NCBI GenBank assembly: GCA_965652415.1
Contig: CBFGVH010000005.1
Coordinates: 1 to 60,294 of the forward strand
Source: an uncultured Gammaproteobacteria bacterium
GTDB taxonomy: Bacteria > Pseudomonadota > Gammaproteobacteria > Arenicellales > CAJQKF01
Direction: 5' to 3'
DNA length: 60,294 nucleotides
Shown here: piece by piece, positions 43,847 to 52,113 of the stretch
Numbering within the stretch: the first letter of the stretch is position 1
How the letters are laid out: each line of letters opens with the position of its first letter
The notes under the pieces: model-generated
The model's database searches: none
What the model was told of the DNA's origin: nothing
What the model saw: the letters and a program-made list of their open reading frames with translations, nothing else
Made by a program: the position numbers and the translations under genes

Positions 43847-45198
43847 GCGCGGCGCCGTCGGCGAGTCGATCCGCCGACACCATCGCCGCGATCGCCACGC
43901 CCCCCGGCATCGGCGGCATCGGCATCGTGCGCGTGTCGGGGCCGGCCGCCTGCGCTGTCTGCCGCGCGCTGACCGGTTCCTGTCCGCCGCCGCGACAGGC
44001 CCGCTTCGGACCTTTCCGGAACGGCGACGGCACCGCCGTCGACCACGGCATCACCCTGTTCTTTCCCCGCCCAGCGTCGTACACCGGCGAGGACGTGGTC
44101 GAGTTCCAGGGGCACGGCGGCGACACCGTCATGGAGATCCTGCTCGACGAGGTTTGCCGTGCCGGCGCGCGCCCGGCCCGGCCCGGAGAGTTCTCCGAGC
44201 GCGCCTTTCTCAACGGCCGCATGGACCTCGCCCAGGCCGAGGCCGTGGCCGACCTGATCGAGTCGGCCAGTCGCGAGGCCGCGCGGCTCGCCATGCGCTC
44301 TCTGGAGGGCGCCTTCTCGACACGCGTCGGCGAGTGCGCCGAGGCGCTCATGTCGATACGGCTGTACGTCGAGGCGGCGATCGACTTCCCGGAAGAGGAG
44401 ATCGACTTCCTCGCCGAGAGCGACGTCGCCGAGCGCATCGAGCACGCGCGCGCCCTCGTCGCGCGCACCCTGGACGAGTCACGCCGCGGCGCCCTCGTGA
44501 GGCGCGGCCTCGACGTGGTGCTGGCCGGCGCGCCCAATGCCGGCAAGTCGAGCCTGCTCAACGCGCTGGCCGGCCGCCAGCGCGCCATCGTCAGCGCCAC
44601 GCCCGGCACCACCCGCGACACCGTCGACGAGCGGGTCAGGATCGGCGGCGTGACGGTCAACCTGGTCGACACCGCCGGGCTGCGCGAGGCGGCCGAGGAG
44701 ATCGAGCGTGAAGGCATCCGCCGCGCCCGCGAGGCCGCCGCCGCCGCCGACCTCGTGCTGGCGGTCTGCGACGACGCCGGCGGCGACGAGGCGGCAGCTG
44801 AACTCACCGCGTCGTTGCCGCCGGGCCCGGCGACTCTGGTGGTGCACAACAAGATCGACCTCACCGACGCCGCACCCGGCGATCACGGCCGCCCCGGCCA
44901 CCTGTGGGTATCGGCGCTGAGCGGGGCGGGTATCGACGTCCTCGAGCAGGCGATCATGGCCCACGCCCGCCGCGGCGGCGGCGAGAACGCGTTCCTGGCC
45001 CGCCGCCGCCACGTCGACGCACTCGAGCGCGCCCTTGCCTCCCTCGACGAGGCTGCCGTCGAGGCGCGCCACGGCAACGGCGAGCTCGTCGCCGAGTCCC
45101 TGCGCCTCGCCCACGAGGCCCTCGGCGAGATCACCGGCGCGGTGACTTCGGACGACCTGCTCGGGGCGATCTTCGGCAGTTTCTGTATCGGCAAGTAG
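43810..45198 (+). CDS. mnmE: tRNA modification GTPase MnmE
   Basis: DTIAAIATPPGIGGIGIVRVSG, G-domain GAPNAGKSSLLN, C-terminal FCIGK. No in-frame ATG near the 5' end. Start is GTG at 43810 (37-nt overlap with yidC) or CTG at 43843, so the start is uncertain. Confidence 0.9.
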   Translation: MVHHQQAAGEELSAAPSASRSADTIAAIATPPGIGGIGIVRVSGPAACAVCRALTGSCPPPRQARFGPFRNGDGTAVDHGITLFFPRPASYTGEDVVEFQGHGGDTVMEILLDEVCRAGARPARPGEFSERAFLNGRMDLAQAEAVADLIESASREAARLAMRSLEGAFSTRVGECAEALMSIRLYVEAAIDFPEEEIDFLAESDVAERIEHARALVARTLDESRRGALVRRGLDVVLAGAPNAGKSSLLNALAGRQRAIVSATPGTTRDTVDERVRIGGVTVNLVDTAGLREAAEEIEREGIRRAREAAAAADLVLAVCDDAGGDEAAAELTASLPPGPATLVVHNKIDLTDAAPGDHGRPGHLWVSALSGAGIDVLEQAIMAHARRGGGENAFLARRRHVDALERALASLDEAAVEARHGNGELVAESLRLAHEALGEITGAVTSDDLLGAIFGSFCIGK

Positions 45199-45227
45199 CA
45201 CGCCGCGCGCAGTGCGCGATGCGGTGC

Positions 45228-45713
45228 TCAAAAGCCGATGCCGACGCCGATGGAGAAGAACGGGGTGACGCCGGCCGGGCGGTGCTCCTCGACCGGTGCC
45301 ATGTCGACGACGGCCACGACCGGCCACGTGAAGGGGGCGTCGCCGACGCTACCCTCGCGCCGCGACATGATGCGCCCCACCACGCTGACGGCGCGCCCGG
45401 GACCGTAGACCAGCGGGTCGACGAAACCCTCGCGCACGGCGATGAAACGGCCGTCGCTGTCGCGTCGTGTGTCGGGACGCCCCGTGGAGGTGAGCGGGAA
45501 ACTCAGGACCTCGATCTCGCTGCTCTCGTCGACGGTGCGAATGGCGATGATGCGCCCGCCCCAGTTGACCGTGCCCTCGGGCATCGATTCGCTCGACGCG
45601 GCGTCGCGCGGCGCCATGTCGAGATCGACCGTGGAGCGGTCGAGGGACGGGGTCGCGGCGCAGCCGGCGAGCATTGCGGCGAGGAGCAGGACGGCCGTGC
45701 GGCGCGTGAACAT
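45228..45713 (-). CDS. Slp-family outer membrane lipoprotein
   Basis: Lipobox LLAAMLAGC|A. Slp-like core GRIIAIRTVDESSEIEVLSFPL...GRFIAV. Start taken at MFTRRTAV. Confidence 0.72.
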   Translation of the reverse strand: MFTRRTAVLLLAAMLAGCAATPSLDRSTVDLDMAPRDAASSESMPEGTVNWGGRIIAIRTVDESSEIEVLSFPLTSTGRPDTRRDSDGRFIAVREGFVDPLVYGPGRAVSVVGRIMSRREGSVGDAPFTWPVVAVVDMAPVEEHRPAGVTPFFSIGVGIGF

Positions 45714-45817
45714 GCGGATAATCCGGAGTCGAACCACGAACCGCCAACTTTAACCCCAACGCGGGGCGCGCGCATTATCGGCGTGGCGGCATCATCGATC
45801 ATGGAGCATGATTGTAT

Positions 45818-45838
45818 GGATGTTATGTTATAACATTC
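45818..45838. promoter_or_regulatory. Zur box (zinc uptake regulator operator)
   Basis: ggaTGTTATgTTATAACAttc. The 7-1-7 core TGTTATG-T-TATAACA has one mismatch to the TGTTATA-W-TATAACA consensus. It ends 28 nt upstream of the zrgA-like ATG, overlapping the likely -10. Confidence 0.7.
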
Positions 45839-45866
45839 AATATTGCCTGACCCGGAGAATCGCCCC

Positions 45867-46448
45867 ATGACCCGCCAGATCGTCCACGCCACGCTGCTCG
45901 CCGCGCTCGCGGCCTTGCCTGCTGCCGCCGAACAGCGCAGCCGCGGCGCGCATGTCCACGGCATCGCCACCGTCAACGTTGCCGTCGAGGGCGGCACCTT
46001 CGTGGTCATGCTGGAGACACCGGCGGCCAACGTCACGGGCTTCGAGCACGCCCCCGGCAGTGACGCCGAGCGCGAGCTGGTGGCCCGCGCCGCATCGCGG
46101 CTCGGTTCGGGCGAGGCCTTCACGCCCGACCCCGATGCCGGCTGCGAGCTGGAAACGGCCGAGGTCGAGGGCGCCCTGCTCGGCGACGTTGCCGAATACG
46201 AACACGATGACAACGATCACGCTCACGGCGACGACCATGTCCACGACGACGGCCGCGGTGCCCAGGCCCACGCCGACTTCGAGGCGGTACTGACCTGGAA
46301 CTGTACCCGGCCGGAAGCGCTCGCCACGGTGCGGATCAACCTGTTCGAGATGTTCGACGGATTCGACACCATCACCGTGAACGTGGCGGCGCCCGCCGGG
46401 CAGATCCGCATCGAGGCGACGGCCGCCTCGCCCACGGTTTCGTTCTGA
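45867..46448 (+). CDS. ZrgA-like (DUF2796) periplasmic His/Asp-rich metal-binding protein
   Basis: Signal peptide MTRQIVHATLLAALAALPAAA|E. His-rich loop EYEHDDNDHAHGDDHVHDD. GGAGAA RBS. The family call is by recollection. Confidence 0.75.
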   Translation: MTRQIVHATLLAALAALPAAAEQRSRGAHVHGIATVNVAVEGGTFVVMLETPAANVTGFEHAPGSDAERELVARAASRLGSGEAFTPDPDAGCELETAEVEGALLGDVAEYEHDDNDHAHGDDHVHDDGRGAQAHADFEAVLTWNCTRPEALATVRINLFEMFDGFDTITVNVAAPAGQIRIEATAASPTVSF

Positions 46449-46474
46449 TTGCCGCAATGTCAGCGCCCGCCCTC

Positions 46475-46636
46475 GTGTCCTGTCCCGCAAGCAACGTCAA
46501 ATATCGTGCGGCTGCAGCGGCCCCGGGAGGCGTTACGCCTCCTTGCCATATGGCCCGGTATGACTCGTCGACGTGCCTTGCCGGGAACCGCTACAGCCAC
46601 ACGATTTTCATGCGACAAACTTGCGGGACAGGACAC
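46475..46636. repeat. 162-bp imperfect palindrome with 17-bp perfect terminal inverted repeats (MITE-like element or structured intercistronic RNA)
   Basis: GTGTCCTGTCCCGCAAG (46475-46491) is the exact reverse complement of 46620-46636. A second tier of about 22 bp pairs 18/22. Internal hairpins include GGAGGCG-tta-CGCCTCC plus palindromes GCCATATGGC and CGTCGACG. Confidence 0.75.
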
Positions 46637-46683
46637 TAGCCGGCGCGGGTACACTTGCCGCCATTCATCACCGGGACCGGGAC

Positions 46684-47391
46684 ATGGCCGCCGCCCCCAT
46701 CATCGACATCGCAGATCTCGTGTTCGGCTGGAAACGTAACGAGGTGACTCTCGACATTCCCGCGTTGTCCGTCGAGTCGGGCAGCCGCGTGTTCGTGCAG
46801 GGGCCGAGCGGATCGGGCAAGAGCACATTGCTCAACCTGCTCGGCGGCATCATCGTTCCCCGCGCCGGCCGCATACGGGTTCTCGACGAGGACCTCGGCG
46901 CCCTGCCGGCGGCGGCGCGGGACCGGTTCCGCGCCGACCACGTCGGCTTCATCTTCCAGCAGTTCAACCTGGTTCCGTATCTCGACGTGGTGGACAACGT
47001 CCTGCTGCCGCTGCGTTTCTCCGCCGCCCGCCGCGCACGGCTCGACGGCGATGCGCGCGACGTGGCGCGGCGCCTGCTGGCCGACCTCGGCCTTTCCACC
47101 GCCGACGTCGATACGCGCCGCACCCACGAACTCAGCGTCGGCCAGCAGCAGCGGGTGGCGGCGGCGCGGGCGCTCTTGGGTGCCCCCGAGCTGGTCATCG
47201 CCGACGAGCCGACATCGTCGCTCGACGTGAAGCACCGCGAAGCCTTCCTCGCCCTCCTGGAAGCCGAGTGCGCGCGCTCCGGTGCCACCCTTGTGTTCGT
47301 CAGCCACGACCCGGCGCTGGCGCCGATGTTCGACCGGGTGGTCGACCTGGTGCAGATCAACCGCGCCCCGGGCGGTGGGCAGGTGCCATGA
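46684..47391 (+). CDS. ABC transporter ATP-binding protein (ZrgB/PA4064-like)
   Basis: 235 aa from MAAAPIIDIADL. GPSGSGKSTLLN, LSVGQQQRVAAARAL, IADEPTSSLD. Confidence 0.9.
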   Translation: MAAAPIIDIADLVFGWKRNEVTLDIPALSVESGSRVFVQGPSGSGKSTLLNLLGGIIVPRAGRIRVLDEDLGALPAAARDRFRADHVGFIFQQFNLVPYLDVVDNVLLPLRFSAARRARLDGDARDVARRLLADLGLSTADVDTRRTHELSVGQQQRVAAARALLGAPELVIADEPTSSLDVKHREAFLALLEAECARSGATLVFVSHDPALAPMFDRVVDLVQINRAPGGGQVP

Positions 47392-48647
47392 CACTGCTGT
47401 CCCTGGCGGCGAAGAGCCTCGCCAACCGCCGCTTCACCTCGATACTGACCGTGTCGACCATCGCCCTGTCCGTGCTGCTGCTGCTCGGCGTCGAGCGGAT
47501 GCGCACCGAGGCCCGCGAGGCCTTCACCAGCACGGTGTCCGGTACCGACCTGATCGTCGGTGCGCGCACCGGCGCGGTGCAGCTGCTCCTGTACTCGGTG
47601 TTCCACATCGGCAGCGCCACCAACAACATCACCTGGCAGAGCTACCGGGACATCGCCGCCCTGCCGGGCGTGGCGTGGACGGTGCCCATCTCCCTCGGCG
47701 ACTCCCACCGCGGCCACCGGGTCATGGGCACCGAGGCGGCCTTTTTCGAGCATTACCGCTATGCCCGCGATCGCCGGGTCGCCTTCGCCGCCGGCTCGAC
47801 CTTCGACGACCTCTACGATGCGGTGCTCGGCGCCGAGGTCGCCGCGCGGCTCGGCTACCGCATCGGCGAGGCGCTGGTCATCGCCCACGGCGCCGGCAGC
47901 GCCAGCGTGCTCGATCACGGGGACAAGCCGTTTCGCGTCGCCGGCATTCTCGAGCGCACCGGCACGCCGGTCGACCGCACGGTGATCGTGTCGCTGGCCG
48001 GCATCGAGGCCATCCACGCCGACTGGGCTGGAGGCGTGCCGGTACCCGGCCGACGCCTCGACGCCGACGCCGTGCGTGAACTCGACCTCACGCCCGACGC
48101 GATCACCGCGGTGCTGGTCGGCCTGTCGTCGCGGGTTCACACCTTCCGCGTGCAGCGCCTGGTCAACGAGTATCCCGGGGAGCCGCTGCTGGCCATCCTG
48201 CCCGGCGTCACCTTGGCCGAGTTGTGGAACGTCATGGGCGTCGTCGAAGGGGCGCTCATGGCGATCTCGGCGCTGGTGGTGCTGGTGGGCCTGGGCGGCA
48301 TGGTCACGGCGCTGGTCACGGGCTTGAACGAACGGCGCCGCGAGATCGCCGTGCTGCGCTCGGTGGGGGCGCGGCCGTGGCAGGTGCTGGGGCTGCTGGT
48401 TGTCGAAGCGATGTTCCTCGCCGCCGCCGGCATCGTCATCGGCCTGCTGTTACTCTACGCGGTGATCGGTACCGCCGGCGGCGCGCTGGAATCGCACCTC
48501 GGGTTCTCGCCGGCGTGGCGCATGCCCGGCCTCGTCGAGTGGCTGATGCTGGGCGGCGTGCTGGCGGCCGCGCTCCTCGCCGGACTGGTGCCGGGCATGC
48601 GCGCCTATCGCTACTCGTTGTCGGACGGACTGGCACTTAGACTATGA
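47388..48647 (+). CDS. ABC transporter permease, FtsX/MacB-type (ZrgC/PA4065-like)
   Basis: 419 aa from MTLLSLAAKSLANRRFTS. ATGA overlap with the ATPase gene. N-terminal TM, periplasmic domain, then three C-terminal TMs. Confidence 0.88.
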   Translation: MTLLSLAAKSLANRRFTSILTVSTIALSVLLLLGVERMRTEAREAFTSTVSGTDLIVGARTGAVQLLLYSVFHIGSATNNITWQSYRDIAALPGVAWTVPISLGDSHRGHRVMGTEAAFFEHYRYARDRRVAFAAGSTFDDLYDAVLGAEVAARLGYRIGEALVIAHGAGSASVLDHGDKPFRVAGILERTGTPVDRTVIVSLAGIEAIHADWAGGVPVPGRRLDADAVRELDLTPDAITAVLVGLSSRVHTFRVQRLVNEYPGEPLLAILPGVTLAELWNVMGVVEGALMAISALVVLVGLGGMVTALVTGLNERRREIAVLRSVGARPWQVLGLLVVEAMFLAAAGIVIGLLLLYAVIGTAGGALESHLGFSPAWRMPGLVEWLMLGGVLAAALLAGLVPGMRAYRYSLSDGLALRL

Positions 48648-49207
48648 ACATGAAACCGCTGTTGTCCCTGGCCTGCGCCATGCTGCTCGTCACGGGATGC
48701 AGCGAGGCGCCGCAGGAGTCGGTCGGCGCCGCGCCGCGCCAGCTCGAATGGGACGACCTGATGCCGGCCGACTTCGACCCGACCGGCGCGCTGCCCGATG
48801 TCGACATCGGGGCCCTGAGCGACGACGACCCGCGCACCCAGCGCTTCTACGAACTGGTGCGCGAGGCCTGGAACAACGCCCCGGTGGTCGCCGAGCTGGA
48901 CGGTACCCTGGTGCGGCTGCCGGGCTTCGTGGTGCCGCTCGAGTACGACGAGAAGCAGGTATCAGAGTTCCTGCTGGTGCCGTATTTCGGCGCCTGCATC
49001 CACACCCCGCCGCCGCCCGCCAACCAGATCGTTCACGTCACCACCGGCGGGTTCGGGCCGAGTCCGGAACAGTTGTGGGACCCGGTCTGGGTGACCGGCA
49101 CCCTGCGCACCGAGACCGTTGCCTCGGAACTCGCCCATGCCGGTTACCGCATGGACGCGACAGTAATCGAGCCGTACGAGGAACCGGCGGAAAGCGCGGC
49201 CAACTGA
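48644..49207 (+). CDS. DUF3299-like lipoprotein (PA4066-like)
   Basis: Lipobox LLVTGC|S. ATGA overlap with the permease. ...LLVPYFGACIHTPPPPANQIV... motif. Confidence 0.7.
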   Translation: MNMKPLLSLACAMLLVTGCSEAPQESVGAAPRQLEWDDLMPADFDPTGALPDVDIGALSDDDPRTQRFYELVREAWNNAPVVAELDGTLVRLPGFVVPLEYDEKQVSEFLLVPYFGACIHTPPPPANQIVHVTTGGFGPSPEQLWDPVWVTGTLRTETVASELAHAGYRMDATVIEPYEEPAESAAN

Positions 49208-49265
49208 CGGCCAGGCGTCTCGAGGCCGCCGTGCTGTAACATCGCGCCGAACGGTTTGTGCCATA

Positions 49266-50549
49266 ATGATTCCCGCGGTCGATGATTCGCTCCGCGTTGC
49301 CGATCCATCCTCCCCGGGACCTGACGCTTTGACTGCCCCCGCGACCAATCCATCGGGCAAGGCGGTGTTCGTGTTTTCCTCGCTCGGACACTTCTTCGTT
49401 CACCTGTGCATCGCCTTCTACTTCGTGATCGTGCTGTCGCTGGAGCGCAGCTGGAACGTGCCGTATCACGAACTGGTCAGCCTGTGGACGCTCGGCTCCC
49501 TCATGGTCGGGCTCGCCGCGCTGCCTGCCGGCATGATCGCCGACCGCTTCGGCGCGCCCGGCATGATGGCGGCATTCTTCATCGGCATGGGCGCCTGCTC
49601 GATCGGCGCCGGCCTGTCCGACGGCACTTTCGCCCTGCTGCTGTGGCTGACCGGCATCGGCGTGTTCGCCGCCATCTATCACCCCGTCGGCATTCCCTGG
49701 CTGGTGCGCAACACCGACGGCGCGCGCGGCAAGGCGCTGGCGGTGAACGGCATCTTCGGCTCCTTCGGCGGCGCCGCCGCCGGCATCGTCAGCGGCCTTC
49801 TCATCGATGTCTTCGACTGGCGCGCTGCGTTCATCGTCCCCGGCGTCGTGATCGCTGCGACCGGGGTGGTGCTGGCGGCCATGATGCGTGCCGGCTCGCC
49901 TCTCGACCGTCCGGCCCCGACGGCATCGGTGAAGGGCGAGGGCGGCGCGCCGGTGCGCGTGTTCCTCCTGCTGATGGTCACCATGTTCGTCGCCGGACTG
50001 GTGTTCAACGGCACCCAGGTCGCGCTTCCGAAGCTGTTCGAGTTGCGTCACGGCGGACTGGCCGGGGAGGGCATCGCCGGCATCGGCATCCTTGTCGCCA
50101 TCGTCTATTCCCTGGCCGGCGTCATGCAGCTGGTCGGCGGCCACCTCGCCGACCGCTACCCGCTCAAGGCCGTGTACACCGCGGCCATCGCCATCCAGGT
50201 GCCGCTGCTGCTGGCGGCATCGTGGGTCGGCGGGGCCGTGCTGGTAGTGGTGGCCACGCTGATGGTGATGGCCAACGTCAGCGCGCTGCCGGCGGAGAAC
50301 ATGATGCTGGCGCGCTATGCGCCGGGACGCCGGCACGGGCTCGCCTTCGGCGCCAAGTTCGTGCTCGCCTTCGGCGCCGCGCCGCTCGCCGTGCAGTTGG
50401 TGTCGCTGATCCAGGATGCGACGGGCGAGCTCGGCGCGCTGTTGCAATTGTTCGCCGTCTGCGTGGTGCTGGCGCTGGCCGCTGCCCTCGCCCTGCCGGC
50501 GCTGCCGCGCACTGCGCCGGTCCGGACCGTACCGGCCGGGGCCGGGTAA
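49266..50549 (+). CDS. MFS transporter
   Basis: 427 aa with 12 hydrophobic segments. MFS loop motif GMIADRFG. Confidence 0.85.
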   Translation: MIPAVDDSLRVADPSSPGPDALTAPATNPSGKAVFVFSSLGHFFVHLCIAFYFVIVLSLERSWNVPYHELVSLWTLGSLMVGLAALPAGMIADRFGAPGMMAAFFIGMGACSIGAGLSDGTFALLLWLTGIGVFAAIYHPVGIPWLVRNTDGARGKALAVNGIFGSFGGAAAGIVSGLLIDVFDWRAAFIVPGVVIAATGVVLAAMMRAGSPLDRPAPTASVKGEGGAPVRVFLLLMVTMFVAGLVFNGTQVALPKLFELRHGGLAGEGIAGIGILVAIVYSLAGVMQLVGGHLADRYPLKAVYTAAIAIQVPLLLAASWVGGAVLVVVATLMVMANVSALPAENMMLARYAPGRRHGLAFGAKFVLAFGAAPLAVQLVSLIQDATGELGALLQLFAVCVVLALAAALALPALPRTAPVRTVPAGAG

Positions 50550-50559
50550 GACCGGCTTC

Positions 50560-52113
50560 GTGTTCTCCCGCACCGGCGCGGCGGAGTTCGCGGTCCCCTC
50601 CGAGTGGCCGCGGGCGCGGGTCAGGCGCCTCGTCGGGCGGCGGCTCGACCTCAAGGCCGAGGGCGCCCGGCAGCGGATGATCTTCTACGATACGTTCGAC
50701 TGGCGCTTGCACCGTGCCGGCTACACCCTCGAACTGGCGCCCGGCAGGCCTTCGATGGCGCGGCTGCGACGGCTCGACGACGGCCGCGCCGAGGCCGAGC
50801 AGGAACTCGACGGGGAACCGCCCCGCTTTGTTCACGACTGGCCGCGCGGCCCGGTCGGGGCGGCTGCGGCGAGGGCCTGCGGGATACGCGCGCTGATGCC
50901 GCAGGTCGCCTTGGCGGGCGGCGCCGAGGAATTGGCCGTCGTCGGCGCAGAGGGCAAGACCGTCTGCCGGTTGTCCCTCGAGCGCTGGCGGGTCGAGAAG
51001 AGCCGCGGTGCCGAGGCGTGGCAGCGGATCCGCGTCATGCCCCTGCGCGGCTTCGACGAAGAGGCCGCGCAGGTCTTCCGGGTGCTGGCCGATACCGGGC
51101 TGCCGCTGGCGCTGACACCGACACTCGATACCGGGCTGGCGGCCATCGGCCGCCGGCCGCGGGATTATTCATCGAAGTTTCGGCTCGAACTCGATGCCGG
51201 CGCTGGCGCCGCGGCCGCGGTGCGCGCCATCCTCGCCCGCCTGCTCGACGACCTCGAGCGCAACGAGCAGGGCACTCGGTGCGACATCGACCCGGAGTTC
51301 CTGCACGACTACCGGGTCGCAGTGCGGCGCACGCGGTCGGCGCTGTCGGTCCTCGGCCGCGCGCTCGACCCGGAGGCGCCGCGGCCGTTCGTCGAATCGT
51401 TCCGCGAGCTCGGTCGCGTCACCGGCGGCAAGCGCAACCTCGACGTCCACCTGCTGGACTTCGACGCCCATCTCGCCCTGCTCGATGCGCCCCGCCGCGA
51501 GGCGCTCGCCGAACTGCGCCGGGTCTTCGAAGTCCGCCGAGACGCCGCCGGCGCCGAGCTCGCCGCGTACCTGGCGAGCCCGGGCTACCGCGACTTCAAG
51601 CGCCGCTACCGGCGCTTCGTCGATGCCGGCACCGACGCCGATCCCGGCCGCCAGTGGCCGCTCGTCGACTTCGCCGGCCGGGTCATCTGGAAGACGTACC
51701 GCAAGATCCTCGAACATGGGCGTGCCATCGACGCCTCGTCGCCCGACGAGGCCCTGCACGACCTTCGCAAGCGCGGCAAGAAGCTGCGCTACCTCATGGA
51801 GTTCTTCCAGGACCTCTATCCGCGCAAGGGCATGAAGCCGGCGCACGCCGAGCTCAAGGCGCTGCAGGACCATCTCGGGCTGTTCCAGGACCAGTGCGTG
51901 CAGATCGAGACCCTCGAGGCGCTCGGCACCAGCGACATCGATGCGCTGGCGGCCGCCGCGGTGAACGAGCTGGTCGACGGGCTGACGAGCGAGCGCCGCC
52001 GAACCCGCGCGGCCTTCGCCGATCACTTTGCGCGCTTCGACGCACCTGCCCGGCGGGCGCGCTTTGCCGCCCTGTTCAAGCCGTCGAAGTGCGCGGACAA
52101 GGAACGCCGGTAG
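50560..52113 (+). CDS. CHAD-domain protein with N-terminal CYTH-position domain
   Basis: Two canonical CHAD helical motifs: LHDYRVAVRRTRSAL and LHDLRKRGKKLRYLMEFF. Start is GTG at 50560 (alternative ATG at 50677). The track ORF 5' end overlaps the MFS gene and is rejected. No ExExK CYTH signature seen. Confidence 0.8.
   Translation: MFSRTGAAEFAVPSEWPRARVRRLVGRRLDLKAEGARQRMIFYDTFDWRLHRAGYTLELAPGRPSMARLRRLDDGRAEAEQELDGEPPRFVHDWPRGPVGAAAARACGIRALMPQVALAGGAEELAVVGAEGKTVCRLSLERWRVEKSRGAEAWQRIRVMPLRGFDEEAAQVFRVLADTGLPLALTPTLDTGLAAIGRRPRDYSSKFRLELDAGAGAAAAVRAILARLLDDLERNEQGTRCDIDPEFLHDYRVAVRRTRSALSVLGRALDPEAPRPFVESFRELGRVTGGKRNLDVHLLDFDAHLALLDAPRREALAELRRVFEVRRDAAGAELAAYLASPGYRDFKRRYRRFVDAGTDADPGRQWPLVDFAGRVIWKTYRKILEHGRAIDASSPDEALHDLRKRGKKLRYLMEFFQDLYPRKGMKPAHAELKALQDHLGLFQDQCVQIETLEALGTSDIDALAAAAVNELVDGLTSERRRTRAAFADHFARFDAPARRARFAALFKPSKCADKERR

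Noticed and set aside
45199-45227. Terminator between the convergent mnmE and slp (CGCGCA-g-TGCGCG palindrome).
   Set aside because: The stem is only 6 bp with a 1-nt loop and there is no U-tract. Too weak to call.
46449-46739. Three ORFs (46449..46739 +, 46457..46639 +, 46460..46654 -) in the zrgA-ABC spacer.
   Set aside because: They mirror each other because the DNA is a long palindrome, and there is no RBS or coding bias. Interpreted as a repeat or RNA element instead.
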